A DNA stretch of 35,657 bases, from the IMG/VR virus record IMGVR_UViG_2541047892_000001; one strand, 5' to 3'. Source of the DNA: a virus. Lineage: Duplodnaviria; Heunggongvirae; Uroviricota; Caudoviricetes. Of this stretch, positions 7,795 through 17,358 are shown in pieces. Numbering within the stretch: position 1 is the stretch's first letter; every line of letters starts with the position of its first letter. The notes beneath the pieces are model-generated. The model worked only from the letters and a program-made list of their open reading frames with translations, was not told where the DNA came from and made no database searches. Position numbers and translations under genes: made by a program.

Positions 7795-10259
7795 CAGCTG
7801 TACTCCTTACGTTGTTTCTGAGCCAGCAGACGCTCCAGCATTTTTTCCAGCTCATGCAGGCTCATATTCAGGGCACCAGCCAGCCCGGCAGGCGCTGCGG
7901 TTTCCTTACCATTGAGGAAAAACTGAGGATTAAAGCTGACCTGGATACCGCCAGACGCTCCACCGCCGGTTGCAGTTGCGCCACGGCCTGAATATCCGGC
8001 AGCCATGATTTCCGGCGACGGGATACGGGGAACATCCGGTGTCATTTCAGCGGCCAGGCGCTGCCCGGCCAGTGCAGCAAGCGGAGTGGTCCGTTGCAGG
8101 CCAATGGCGGCACCCTGCGCGATATTGTCACCAAAGCCTATAAACACGCGACTCGGTGAATGGATGCCCAGCTTTTCGCTGAACCAGTCACTGATGCTGT
8201 CACCCATTCCGGTTATGCTGGTTTTCAGTGACGCCCATTTGTTTCTGATGCCATTTATCAGCCCGTCAATAAGATGACCACCGAAGTCGGTGAATTTCGC
8301 CGGCAAATCAACGCCGAGATATTTCAGCGCAGCCGCAAAGGCTTTATAAAGCAGACCTGCCGGAGACCAGTTAACCAGCAGTTTACCAATTCCCGCGATG
8401 CCGCCGTTAAAGGCTTCCTGAATGTCAGCCCAGCGCTGTTTAAACCAGCTACTGACAGCGCCCCAGTTGCGGTAGATAAGGTAAGCTGCTGCCGCGACGG
8501 CGGTGATAACGAGACCGATGGGATTCATCAGCAGCGCCCGGCCAATCCAGAGAACGGCACGCCCGGCGCTCATAATTCCGCGAACCAGCCCCCCTGAGAG
8601 CACACCCCCCAGTGTTCTGGTTCCTCTGGCGACGGCACCAAAGCCTGTCACCAGCCAGCGGAGTTTACCGCCTTCCCCCAGTGCGAGCATCAGACGAAGC
8701 CAGTTGGCCCGAAGTAAAACAGCATTTTTCCAGACGCTTACAAAGGGGGAAATAAGGAGATTCAGCCCAAACTTGAGACCGATAGTGGCCATCCTGAAAG
8801 CGAGTAATGCGCCCACAACCTTTATGGTGCTGCTGACGAGCTGCGGATTTGCCGCTATCCATTTGCCGACGCTGTCCATTAAAGGAATAAATGTTTCACC
8901 CAACTGGAGCAAAGCCGGACGCAAGGATTGCCCGATGCTGATAGCAGAATCATTAAAGCCGATCTGCATTCTGCGCCAGCGACCTTCAAGCGTATCATTC
9001 TGCTTTGCAGCATCCTTATCCAGGGTAGACATTGCAGCCGGAGCATTCATTTCCTGCTTACTGGAAAGGTATTTATCCCAGCCCTGTCGCATTGACAGTA
9101 AATGGTTGACAGTCTGAATATCGGTAAAGACCTCAGCCAGACCAAATGACTCCATGAGTTTCTGCTGACCTTCCTGATCGCCTCTTGCTCCTGCAGCTTT
9201 CCATTGCTGCAAAAACGCTTTGCCTTTACTGTCGATAAAACGGTTGGCAATCATCAGTGAAGCTTCGTACTGCGAAAAACCCTGAGCGACGTAATTCTGC
9301 ATTGACCCCTGGTAATCCACCCCGGCTTTAGCATATTTCTGGATGGTATCTCCGCGGCCCATTGCTGCCAGCCAGTTGGACATATTGGTGACCGCTTCCT
9401 CTGCAGAGCCACTACCTTTACCGACCTCCAGACTGGCAACAATCTGGGTAATCGCATCTTTTCCATAAATACCACGAGCAGCGAAGGCTTTCGCCATACC
9501 GGGTAATGCTTTTGCCATATCCTTCAGCTCAAATGACCCAAGTTTGGCTCCTGTTGCCGCAATGCCAAACGCCTGTTCAAGTTCTTTCGCATCAGTGATT
9601 CTGAGTGCATCGCTGAAGGCATAAGTCATTTTGGCAAGGTCGGTCATATCGGCTTTGGTTGCTGTAGCGGTCTTTCCAAGCATCTCTGCAAACGTTGCTG
9701 CCCGTTCGGGGGCCATACCATCAGCAACTAATTGTCCGACTCCCCCTAACAGAGACTCCTGCAGTTGGTTAACCTTCAGCGAGGCCTGTCTGATAGCCAG
9801 GCCAATTGCACGTTCCTGTTTTGCATCCAGGTCTCCTGTGACACTGATATCCCGCAACTGTGATTCAAACGAGGCATATTGTTTAACCGAGGCCATGACC
9901 GGTGCGCCCAGCGTTCTGCCAATAGCATAGGTTTCTGCACCCTGACCATAGAGCGCCAGGCGGTTAGCCTTCAACGCATCACCGGTGGCTGATACTGCTG
10001 ACAGACGGCGCTGCTGACGTTCAATTTGCTCCATGGTGCGGCTTACCCGCAGCAACTCGCTGTTGAGATGCTGCATCCGGGAAGAACCCAGTTGACCATA
10101 ACGTTCTGTTGCCCGGGTTAAGGCATTCTGGCGTTCCTGCAGACGGCGGGAGGTATCACCAAGGGAATCAAGGGCGCGTCGGGTGCCACTGACGGCTGAG
10201 CGGAAGCTGCTCCCGACAATGCCGCCAATAATGACGCCGACTGAAAATTCACTGGCCAC
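7794..10259 (-). CDS. Tail tape measure protein
   Basis: 821 aa, Ala/Gly-rich with coiled-coil N-part and hydrophobic central segments; GTG start preceded by GAGGA; position after the chaperone pair. Confidence 0.9.
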   Translation of the reverse strand: MASEFSVGVIIGGIVGSSFRSAVSGTRRALDSLGDTSRRLQERQNALTRATERYGQLGSSRMQHLNSELLRVSRTMEQIERQQRRLSAVSATGDALKANRLALYGQGAETYAIGRTLGAPVMASVKQYASFESQLRDISVTGDLDAKQERAIGLAIRQASLKVNQLQESLLGGVGQLVADGMAPERAATFAEMLGKTATATKADMTDLAKMTYAFSDALRITDAKELEQAFGIAATGAKLGSFELKDMAKALPGMAKAFAARGIYGKDAITQIVASLEVGKGSGSAEEAVTNMSNWLAAMGRGDTIQKYAKAGVDYQGSMQNYVAQGFSQYEASLMIANRFIDSKGKAFLQQWKAAGARGDQEGQQKLMESFGLAEVFTDIQTVNHLLSMRQGWDKYLSSKQEMNAPAAMSTLDKDAAKQNDTLEGRWRRMQIGFNDSAISIGQSLRPALLQLGETFIPLMDSVGKWIAANPQLVSSTIKVVGALLAFRMATIGLKFGLNLLISPFVSVWKNAVLLRANWLRLMLALGEGGKLRWLVTGFGAVARGTRTLGGVLSGGLVRGIMSAGRAVLWIGRALLMNPIGLVITAVAAAAYLIYRNWGAVSSWFKQRWADIQEAFNGGIAGIGKLLVNWSPAGLLYKAFAAALKYLGVDLPAKFTDFGGHLIDGLINGIRNKWASLKTSITGMGDSISDWFSEKLGIHSPSRVFIGFGDNIAQGAAIGLQRTTPLAALAGQRLAAEMTPDVPRIPSPEIMAAGYSGRGATATGGGASGGIQVSFNPQFFLNGKETAAPAGLAGALNMSLHELEKMLERLLAQKQRKEYS

Positions 10260-10351
10260 GGTGGCTATCCTCTGAAAGCAAAAAAACGGAAGGGAAGTGT
10301 CTGAACCCCATGCAGAACAGCCGCGACTGGCGGCTGTTAAGTGATACGTTG

Positions 10352-10609
10352 TTACTGATTGTCGCCGAACTCGCTTTTGATTTGCTCTTCAGCCTGCTCC
10401 AGCCACATCTCCAGATCGTCAGTATCGAGGGCATCAATCTCCCCCGGCTGAAACCTGAACCATCTCGCCAGCAGGCCCTGCGCCTGCATCAGTGTTTTTG
10501 TCGCTCTTGCCCAGCCCAGTGATTTTCTGAAATCGTTTCTGCAGCTCCATATAGTCGGCAAGATCCATGTTATCGAGGTCTTCCGGGAGGATACCGGTGC
10601 TACGGGCAA
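10352..10609 (-). CDS. Frameshift extension of the tail assembly chaperone (E' part of an E+E' fusion)
   Basis: Second frame opens inside the chaperone gene and extends 82 nt beyond its stop; codon positions show it is +1 (equivalently -2) relative to E; the G-run GGGGG (10441..10445) sits just before the E stop. Confidence 0.5.
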   Translation of the reverse strand: MPVAPVSSRKTSITWILPTIWSCRNDFRKSLGWARATKTLMQAQGLLARWFRFQPGEIDALDTDDLEMWLEQAEEQIKSEFGDNQ

Positions 10610-10775
10610 TCAGTGGTTCGTCCCAGTCTGCCGGGTCTTTGTTGATTTTGCGCACCTGCTTCAGGTCTTTTACTGTCAGGCGTTTCAGTTCAATCTGTTC
10701 AATTCTGGTACCTGCAGCAGTGGTGAAAGGATAAGACAGCGTAAAAGTATCGGACTGGGTCTGTGACATGATCAT
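10434..10775 (-). CDS. Tail assembly chaperone (gpE-like)
   Basis: 113 aa directly upstream of the tape measure; AAGGAG precedes the second ATG (10769); overlapped by an extension ORF in another frame. Confidence 0.7.
   Translation of the reverse strand: MIMSQTQSDTFTLSYPFTTAAGTRIEQIELKRLTVKDLKQVRKINKDPADWDEPLIARSTGILPEDLDNMDLADYMELQKRFQKITGLGKSDKNTDAGAGPAGEMVQVSAGGD
10437..10445 (-). other. Putative programmed frameshift site (G-rich run before the chaperone stop codon)
   Basis: Minus-strand ...GCC GGG GGA GAT TGA; the only homopolymeric run in the E/E' overlap close to the stop. Confidence 0.35.
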
Positions 10776-10866
10776 ACTCCTTTGTAAATTCAGAGCAGTA
10801 TGTCTGGCGGTGGACGTGACGGATATTAAAGGAGATTAAGAAGAAGGGGCCGGAGCCCCTGTGATG

Positions 10867-11148
10867 TCAGCAAGTGCGAAAACCCTTGCAGTTACGCAGG
10901 AAAGCGATGAGAAGCGCCTTTCCCTCAGATTTGCCGATGCCGGAGAACCAGTGGTCGGGCGGCTCCCATGCTTCAATCAAATCGGCCAGTTTGCGGGCCT
11001 TTGAACGTGTGCAGTCAATCGGGTCATTGGTTTTACGGGTATTAAAAAGGGTTTCCACCCCCGGAATATCAAGGAGGGTAAACCACGTACCATTTGACAT
11101 GCCCAGTGACGCACATCGCCCTCCTTTGTCAGTCAGTTCAACACTCAC
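10867..11148 (-). CDS. Hypothetical small Cys-containing protein between tail tube and chaperone
   Basis: 93 aa ORF with GTG start 2 nt after the tube stop; no recognisable family; not AT-rich. Confidence 0.35.
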   Translation of the reverse strand: MSVELTDKGGRCASLGMSNGTWFTLLDIPGVETLFNTRKTNDPIDCTRSKARKLADLIEAWEPPDHWFSGIGKSEGKALLIAFLRNCKGFRTC

Positions 11149-11150
11149 CG

Positions 11151-11672
11151 TCAGCCCCCGATATTGATCCGATAGTCAGTCAGTTGATCAACGCCACCGA
11201 CGCGGAAGATGTTGGCCAGATAGTCCAGTTGCAGCAACTCTTCACCATCCAGTACCTGTCTGATATACGTGCAGGTGAAGCTACTGGAGAACTCGGCGTT
11301 CTCGTGCTGTTTAAACGTCCCCAGCGGGTTCTTCTTGAACATAATTGTCAGGAAGGTGACCAGCGGGATTTCGTCGATCAGCCCCTGCGAGCTGTAGCGC
11401 TGGACGCTGGAGCGACACTGCAGCGCCAGCGACTTGTACGGGTTCGCGGCAGACAGCATCGCATCGCGGTAAAAGCTGTTCCATTTGATTTCGCCTTCCA
11501 GTTTGTCAAAACCAGCCGGGAGTTCCACCTTACCCACCATCCCCAGTGCCTTGTGTTCCTGCATAATCATGGAGACATCGGGGAGTTTAACCTCCTCAGC
11601 CCGTCCCAGCAGGTTAGTACCATCCAGATAGATGTTGGCATTCGTGATTCGGTTTATCTCAATCTTTGACAT
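11151..11672 (-). CDS. Major tail tube protein (P2 FII / Mu M-like)
   Basis: 173 aa; N-terminal MSKIEINRITNANIYLDGTNLLGRAEEVKLP is typical of contractile-tail tube proteins; immediately follows the sheath. Confidence 0.9.
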   Translation of the reverse strand: MSKIEINRITNANIYLDGTNLLGRAEEVKLPDVSMIMQEHKALGMVGKVELPAGFDKLEGEIKWNSFYRDAMLSAANPYKSLALQCRSSVQRYSSQGLIDEIPLVTFLTIMFKKNPLGTFKQHENAEFSSSFTCTYIRQVLDGEELLQLDYLANIFRVGGVDQLTDYRINIGG

Positions 11673-13099
11673 CAGTTGCCCCCTTTCAGGGTTAACAGGT
11701 ATTCCGAGGTGATCTCAGTCTCAAACGTCAGTCGCTCCAGCGGCGGTGGTGGCGTATATTTGTAGCTCAGCAACAGGTGCCCGGCGGCCAGCTCCGTTTC
11801 CGGATTGCGGGCCGGATCAAACCAGCAACGGAAGCCCAGTACCGCGCCATCACCAGTCATTTTGCGACCGTAGGCGTTGACCGACTCCGTCAGTGCATCA
11901 ATCAGCGCCTGAGTAATCGGCATGTCGATGTACTGCTGGCTGAAGTAACGAATGGACTCATTGATCACATCACCGGTGCGGCGAACGTTCTCAAAGTTAC
12001 GCATATGGGTGACCGTTGGCCATGCTGCCGTCCGGTTACCCCACAGACGAAGGCCGCTGCCGTAACTGCTGAATACCGTGGTGATCCCCTGTTCGTTAAG
12101 CAGGTTCACCTCGCTCTGCGGATCGTCAATCATTGCCGACAGCTGGCGCTCCACGCCGGTGATCCCCAGAATTTCCTGATTTGAGGATGACCACCAGTAC
12201 CCTTTGTCCAGGTCGACTTTGGCACGCAGGCCCGCCGCACGCTGGCTCAGTGGCTCCAGACGTTCCGTGTTCGTCACCGGGTCATATACCTTCACATGCG
12301 GGTAGCACAGGCGGACACGGTCAGAGCTGGTATTAAAGTTAATGGTGCCTTCCGGGCCTCGTCCCGCCAGAGCCTGCGCAAAAGTGGTACCAACCGGCGC
12401 ATCAATATAGGTTACTGCTCCCAGTTTCTCAGCCATGGCGATAAGCTCAACCGAGACGCTGTTCTGGGTGCAGAATACCGGAGCAATCAGGATTTTGGCG
12501 AAGTAGCCAAACAGGTTAAAACTGTCGTTAAGCAGCTTCATGCCGGTACGGTTGCCTGCAGCGTTAACGGTACCGATGATATCAGCCGGGGTGACTTTGG
12601 TCGGATCAGCATAGTTATAGCTGGCCTTCACCGTTGCATCTGCAGCAATGCTTTTACCCAGGTTAGTAATCACCCCGGTCTGTGCATCAAGCGAGTAGTC
12701 CTGACCTTCAACATAAGGCTGACCGTCGCTGTCCGGTTTCAGTACCAGCTGCGCGACCACCGGATTAGCCAGCCGGGCTCTGCCTGTCGCCTTGTCGAAC
12801 GACACATTCTCACTGACCACAGCGGTTTTATGCACAGACGGATCGAGTACGTTAATGACCAGAACGGTGCCTGCACCATGGTCATAAATCGCATCCAGCG
12901 CCTGTGGAATGGTAAAGCCGGTGAACTGGCTGCCAAATGCCGCAGCGTCTTTCTCAGACAGGCACTGTACCAGCGTATTGACATCCCCCATTGGTGCGGT
13001 ACCAATCAGGCCAATAACGGCAGATTTCACCGTTTTAACCGGGCGGGCACCGTTTTCCACTTCAATGGTTTCCGGACCATGCAGATAGTTAGCTGACAT
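11672..13099 (-). CDS. Tail sheath protein (P2 FI / Mu L-like)
   Basis: 475 aa; typical sheath length and sequence; followed by the tube gene. Confidence 0.9.
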   Translation of the reverse strand: MSANYLHGPETIEVENGARPVKTVKSAVIGLIGTAPMGDVNTLVQCLSEKDAAAFGSQFTGFTIPQALDAIYDHGAGTVLVINVLDPSVHKTAVVSENVSFDKATGRARLANPVVAQLVLKPDSDGQPYVEGQDYSLDAQTGVITNLGKSIAADATVKASYNYADPTKVTPADIIGTVNAAGNRTGMKLLNDSFNLFGYFAKILIAPVFCTQNSVSVELIAMAEKLGAVTYIDAPVGTTFAQALAGRGPEGTINFNTSSDRVRLCYPHVKVYDPVTNTERLEPLSQRAAGLRAKVDLDKGYWWSSSNQEILGITGVERQLSAMIDDPQSEVNLLNEQGITTVFSSYGSGLRLWGNRTAAWPTVTHMRNFENVRRTGDVINESIRYFSQQYIDMPITQALIDALTESVNAYGRKMTGDGAVLGFRCWFDPARNPETELAAGHLLLSYKYTPPPPLERLTFETEITSEYLLTLKGGN

Positions 13100-13340
13100 G
13101 GGCGTCCTCCGTTTTCACCTCGCTGTCACCGCCGTTCCTGCGCTTTGGTGACTGCACAGCCGGTGTGCCGGCGGGTTTAATTTCTTCAGATACCGGCGTC
13201 AGATGCTTCAGCGCCACCAGTACCTTCACGTAGTCATGCTCCTCCGGCAGGGAAACAGTCTTCCCCGGCCAGAGCAGGATTTCGGTTCCGTCCGACAGCG
13301 TGACGCCGCTGGCCGGGCCGGAATAGCGGTATTCTTTCAT
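13089..13340 (-). CDS. Small conserved Mu-like protein upstream of the sheath (function unknown)
   Basis: About 83 aa; ATG at 13340 overlaps the upstream stop; coupled to the sheath gene. Confidence 0.5.
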   Translation of the reverse strand: MKEYRYSGPASGVTLSDGTEILLWPGKTVSLPEEHDYVKVLVALKHLTPVSEEIKPAGTPAVQSPKRRNGGDSEVKTEDAHVS

Positions 13341-13804
13341 CACTCGCTTTCCTCATAGTTCACTTCAGTTAACAGCGGGCCGGACGGTAAATCGCTGTCT
13401 TCGATAAAGACGCTTTCAGTCGCGAAGTCGAGGGCGTACTGCCACAGCCCCCTGACTTCACCGATAAACACCTCGCGGGTCAGCCAGATACGGCGGCGGC
13501 ACCCGGGCGGGGTGTAGCCACCAAGAATGCGGCGGACAGCATCCAGGACATTAATCGCCCCTTTTTTACCGTTGAGCTGTCGGAAGACCACCGTGACGCA
13601 GAGCTGGATAGTCTGAGGCTGGATCACCGCACCGGTATCATCCGGCCTGTCGAAACGCGATCCTGCATAGCTCAGCAGCAACGCCCCGACAGAATGATTG
13701 AGGCGGTATTCGGACGGCTTTTCCGGGAAGTACTCAACCTGCAGCTGAGGCAGCTTCTCGCGCAACCGGGCCAGCACCGCATCAAGGACGGGCAGAACAT
13801 TCAT
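13340..13804 (-). CDS. Mu gp37-like head-tail joining / tail completion protein
   Basis: 154 aa; position between head genes and sheath; start/stop overlaps with neighbours. Confidence 0.55.
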   Translation of the reverse strand: MNVLPVLDAVLARLREKLPQLQVEYFPEKPSEYRLNHSVGALLLSYAGSRFDRPDDTGAVIQPQTIQLCVTVVFRQLNGKKGAINVLDAVRRILGGYTPPGCRRRIWLTREVFIGEVRGLWQYALDFATESVFIEDSDLPSGPLLTEVNYEESE

Positions 13805-14250
13805 CAGTATTTCTCCAGTAAGCCGTCACGACCGCCGAAAGTGGCCGGGCGGCTGCGTACACGAAACTCTCCTGGCTCAGGCATATCTTTCTGAGTGGAC
13901 GGCAGCCCCAGCGTAAGCCTGTTATCACGTAACTCCTTCAGTTGCCGCAGCGCTTCTTTGTGGTCATCCTTCACCGTATCCGGGAGGTCACCTTCCGGGC
14001 GGCGGGCGTAGAGCCGGTAACGGACCAGCGTGATGGCAATGTCCCGCAGAACGGTCGGTATCTCCGCCAGCGGCAGGATATAGCGTCCGCGCAGATGGGC
14101 ATCAATCAGCTCGTCGGCATAGCGGATACAGCTCTCCACCACACGGGTATTCACTGTCGCAGGCGAGTCGAAGTCCATCTCTTCACTGGTGAGCTCGATC
14201 AGCGTTCGTTCCGGCACCTGCTCAAGCAAATCCTCCAGGGTGCAGTACAT
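13804..14250 (-). CDS. Mu gp36-like protein (head-tail connector family)
   Basis: Likely start is the ATG at 14250 (MYCTLEDLLEQ...), 1 nt after the upstream stop; the longer ORF-track start overlaps the upstream gene. Confidence 0.55.
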   Translation of the reverse strand: MYCTLEDLLEQVPERTLIELTSEEMDFDSPATVNTRVVESCIRYADELIDAHLRGRYILPLAEIPTVLRDIAITLVRYRLYARRPEGDLPDTVKDDHKEALRQLKELRDNRLTLGLPSTQKDMPEPGEFRVRSRPATFGGRDGLLEKY

Positions 14251-14251
14251 G

Positions 14252-14590
14252 TCACACCCCGCGCAGGATACGAATGACGTCGCCTTCACCCCCGGCTTCA
14301 TCAAGTGCAATACCACAGGATTTACCGTCGCCGGACTGCGGCACGGCTCTGGCCTGAGCATCTGACTGAACAGCCACACCACGGCTGACCGCAGCACCGG
14401 CCTCAACAGCAATAATGCCCAGAACGCTCACCGGCGTGCTGTCGCCGGTAACAGCATCCACTTCGGCAACCCCGAGCGCTGCGGCACCGGCTTTACAGGG
14501 GGTATTATCTGCCCCGACAAAACGCTGCTGTGCCAGTTCTGCCCCTGCCGTTACGGTTGTAATCAGAATGACCTGCTGAGTGGTTCCCAT
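14252..14590 (-). CDS. Small Ala/Gly/Val-rich capsid-associated protein (possible head decoration)
   Basis: 112 aa immediately downstream of the major capsid gene; low-complexity A/G/V composition. Confidence 0.45.
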   Translation of the reverse strand: MGTTQQVILITTVTAGAELAQQRFVGADNTPCKAGAAALGVAEVDAVTGDSTPVSVLGIIAVEAGAAVSRGVAVQSDAQARAVPQSGDGKSCGIALDEAGGEGDVIRILRGV

Positions 14591-14599
14591 AACGCCTCC

Positions 14600-15553
14600 T
14601 TATTTACTGATACCGGTGATGAGATACCCGGCATCGCCACCAACCACGGCGACTTTGTAGATATCGGTATAACGGCAGTACTTCACCTTGCCACCGGCAC
14701 CGTCGTATTTGTCTGCAACAGGCATCCCCTTACGGCGCAGGGTGTAGCCGAAGGACGGCTCGTTCTCGTCCGCGCTGTCCGCCCCCGGCTGCGGCTTGCC
14801 GACGTAGTGCAGCATCAGGTTGTCTCCCCAGATATCCGCCGGCACGCTGTCCCTATCCATTGCCGCTTTCATGGATGGCAGGGAGACAGGGGCACCGATG
14901 ACGATCTCTTCGATCTGAAAGAGGTCCTGCAGGATCTCCGTAGTGATGCGCTTGCGTTCGTTGGCTCCGATGGCAGCCTGAATCGCCGGGTGGAACTTCA
15001 GCAGCGCCATCACGCTGGCACCCATGGTCATCAGGTTAGGACGCAGCCCCGTGGCCGTACGGACCGCTTCCATACCGGCTTCAATCACCCCGATGGGGTC
15101 CCCCTTACCACCGGCCCAGCGATCACTGGCTGTCAGTTTTTTAACGTGCCCGGTACGGTAGACCTTTTCATCCTGAGCCAGACGGGCGGCGATAAGTTCA
15201 CGGCGCAGATTCACGCCATTCGTGGCGCGACGGATGGCCTTGCTCTCCTCGTTAAACATGGACTCCGCCTGCTCGCGATAGTCCACCGGCGCAGCCAGAT
15301 CGTGCTCACCCAGCACCAGATCAAGCGTGCCGGTTTTCTCACGGACCAGAACATTGCTGTCCGCCCCGACGGCACGCTCAGTGTCATATTCCACAAAGGC
15401 GGTTTTCCCGAAGGTCGGCACACGCACGCCTTCCTTGTCCGTCAGCACGACGGGGAAAATACGTTCGCCAATGAATGCGGCATTTTTATAGCCTCGGGCG
15501 ATACTGGTCAGTACCGGATCAACGACACGTTTACCTTTTAAGTAATCAGACAT
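14600..15553 (-). CDS. Major capsid protein (Mu gpT family)
   Basis: 317 aa; length, sequence and position after the protease/scaffold match the Mu major head subunit family. Confidence 0.88.
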   Translation of the reverse strand: MSDYLKGKRVVDPVLTSIARGYKNAAFIGERIFPVVLTDKEGVRVPTFGKTAFVEYDTERAVGADSNVLVREKTGTLDLVLGEHDLAAPVDYREQAESMFNEESKAIRRATNGVNLRRELIAARLAQDEKVYRTGHVKKLTASDRWAGGKGDPIGVIEAGMEAVRTATGLRPNLMTMGASVMALLKFHPAIQAAIGANERKRITTEILQDLFQIEEIVIGAPVSLPSMKAAMDRDSVPADIWGDNLMLHYVGKPQPGADSADENEPSFGYTLRRKGMPVADKYDGAGGKVKYCRYTDIYKVAVVGGDAGYLITGISK

Positions 15554-15567
15554 GATTTCTCCTTAAA

Positions 15568-16683
15568 TTACAGGCAGCGTGCGACAGCAGCCTCATAGCT
15601 GATGCCTTCTTTTTTGGACAGGGCCACTGCTTTCTGATGCAGGGCCAGACGCTCAGGATCGGCTTCCGCAAACTCCGCCACATCCACCTTCACCGTGTCG
15701 CCGACACGCTCCTTTGTGGCCTGTTCGGCGAAATTCATCACCGGCTCCCCGTCGGAGAGCAATGAACGGAAGGCGGTGGCCAGCGGCGTGCGGCTTTCCC
15801 CCTCAGCAAACTCCACCGGCTTGTCGCCACCGGCGACGGCATCCAGCAGGGCAACCACCACGGAGGAGGCGCGGGGAGCCAGACGCCCCTCTGCGACCAG
15901 TTTTTCTGCAAAGGCCACATTGTCCTTATGCAGTTGCTCCTGTCTGGCCTGTGCATCACGCGCATCGCGATCAGCAGCCTGCTGCTTCAGGCGGCGGTTC
16001 TCCTCCTGAAGGGCTTCAATCTCTTCTTTTGTCATCGATGATTCCTCGTTACTTGCGGAAGACGGCACCTGGCCTGTCTCACTGAATTGTGCACCTGCTG
16101 CATCCTGCGACGGTGTGTCGCGGTACGCCTCTTCGCGCAGATTGTTGAGCTGCCATTCCGGCAGGACTTTTTCTGCTTCGTCCAGACTGAAGCGGGCGAT
16201 CAGAAAATCGCGCAGCTTTCCCCACAGGGAGGCATTCGTGATGGCCTGCCAGTCGGCGAACTCCACCACACCTTCTTCCTGCTCACTGAAGGACACCTGT
16301 TTCAGCCCCTTGACGGAAGGTGGCTGTGCCCCGAGAAAGCCCACATGGCGCAGGTAGAGCACGCCGGGCTTCGGATTGGACGGTGAATCCGGGAGGTAGA
16401 AAGAGGCGGACACTTTTTTGAATCGTCCGTCGGTGACCATCTCAGCAAACTGCGGGTCCAACTGGGCAGGCTCTGCCATCAGATCGACGCCGCTGAGCGA
16501 CAGGGCTTTCACCCAGCCCCACGCCGGGTCTTCCGTTCTGGGATGACCAATCACGAGTGGTGCTTCATGGACGGACGGGTCATAGGCTTTCACGCAGGCG
16601 GCAAGATCGTCTGGCGTGAACGGCAGTTTTTTGCCGTGCATATCGGTATGAGTACCGGCTTTAAAAATGTGAATGGCTGACAT
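15568..16683 (-). CDS. Head maturation protease / scaffold (Mu gpI family)
   Basis: 371 aa; acidic coiled-coil middle (EEIEALQEENRRLKQQAADRDARDAQ) and gpI-like N-terminus. Confidence 0.82.
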   Translation of the reverse strand: MSAIHIFKAGTHTDMHGKKLPFTPDDLAACVKAYDPSVHEAPLVIGHPRTEDPAWGWVKALSLSGVDLMAEPAQLDPQFAEMVTDGRFKKVSASFYLPDSPSNPKPGVLYLRHVGFLGAQPPSVKGLKQVSFSEQEEGVVEFADWQAITNASLWGKLRDFLIARFSLDEAEKVLPEWQLNNLREEAYRDTPSQDAAGAQFSETGQVPSSASNEESSMTKEEIEALQEENRRLKQQAADRDARDAQARQEQLHKDNVAFAEKLVAEGRLAPRASSVVVALLDAVAGGDKPVEFAEGESRTPLATAFRSLLSDGEPVMNFAEQATKERVGDTVKVDVAEFAEADPERLALHQKAVALSKKEGISYEAAVARCL

Positions 16684-16897
16684 TTTGCTGTCCCGCGTTA
16701 TGTTGTCGGAGACAGTTTGTGAGAAATGCAGGCCCGGCGATTTTAATCTGCTTTAGAAAACATCAGGGGAGAAGGACAGGGAAAGCAATGCGGTGAACCG
16801 GAAGCGGTTATAAAACAGAGGCTGTAAAGCCTTTATAAAGGTAATACAGCCCCTCATTCGCTGGCAATGATAAATCACCCGCCTGAAGAGAGAAAAC

Positions 16898-17356
16898 TCA
16901 GCGACGGGCCGCTGATTCAAGATGGCGGACAATGGTATCGAGGATGGGGATTACCACTTCAGGCTGTAGTTCTCCATCCCCCGTCACCGGCAGGAACGGG
17001 CGGGCCGGAAGTTCAACAGACTCATTACGCCCCGTTTTACCCCCGAACTGGTGAATGGCACCGTAAACAACGTTGGTCCCCACAACAGCCTGCCGGTCGT
17101 CATGGTCGGTTGATACTGACCCCATCAGACGCCCGGTATCCTGCAGTGTCTGCCCGTCACGTTCTTCCGCTGCCAGCGAGGGCATCCACCCCGGACGCCC
17201 CTCATCAAGAAAGTTAAACTGTGTTTCCGCCAGCAGGGTTCCGGCGATTTTGCGCATCGCGGGCTCCAGGTCTGTGGCAGCAAGATCCAGCGCACGGAGG
17301 CTCCGGCGCAGGGATTTATCGTTAATGGTGATACTGACCAGGTTATCGGAAGCCAT
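16898..17356 (-). CDS. Virion morphogenesis protein (Mu gpG family)
   Basis: 152 aa; family-typical sequence, downstream of the F-like gene. Confidence 0.78.
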   Translation of the reverse strand: MASDNLVSITINDKSLRRSLRALDLAATDLEPAMRKIAGTLLAETQFNFLDEGRPGWMPSLAAEERDGQTLQDTGRLMGSVSTDHDDRQAVVGTNVVYGAIHQFGGKTGRNESVELPARPFLPVTGDGELQPEVVIPILDTIVRHLESAARR

Positions 17357-17358
17357 TG

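Noticed and set aside
11094-13096. Plus-strand ORFs of 191, 135 and 266 aa over the tube and sheath genes
   Set aside because: Antisense to well-supported structural genes; low-complexity translations with no family resemblance.
14807-16085. Plus-strand ORFs (244, 104, 123 aa) over the capsid and protease/scaffold genes
   Set aside because: Antisense to confidently assigned head genes; Arg/Pro/Ala-rich translations typical of spurious frames.
16684-16700. CATAAC immediately upstream of the protease/scaffold start, considered as a -10 element
   Set aside because: It leaves no room for a leader or ribosome-binding site before the ATG; it may just be a shared sequence motif (ATAACGCG) rather than a promoter.
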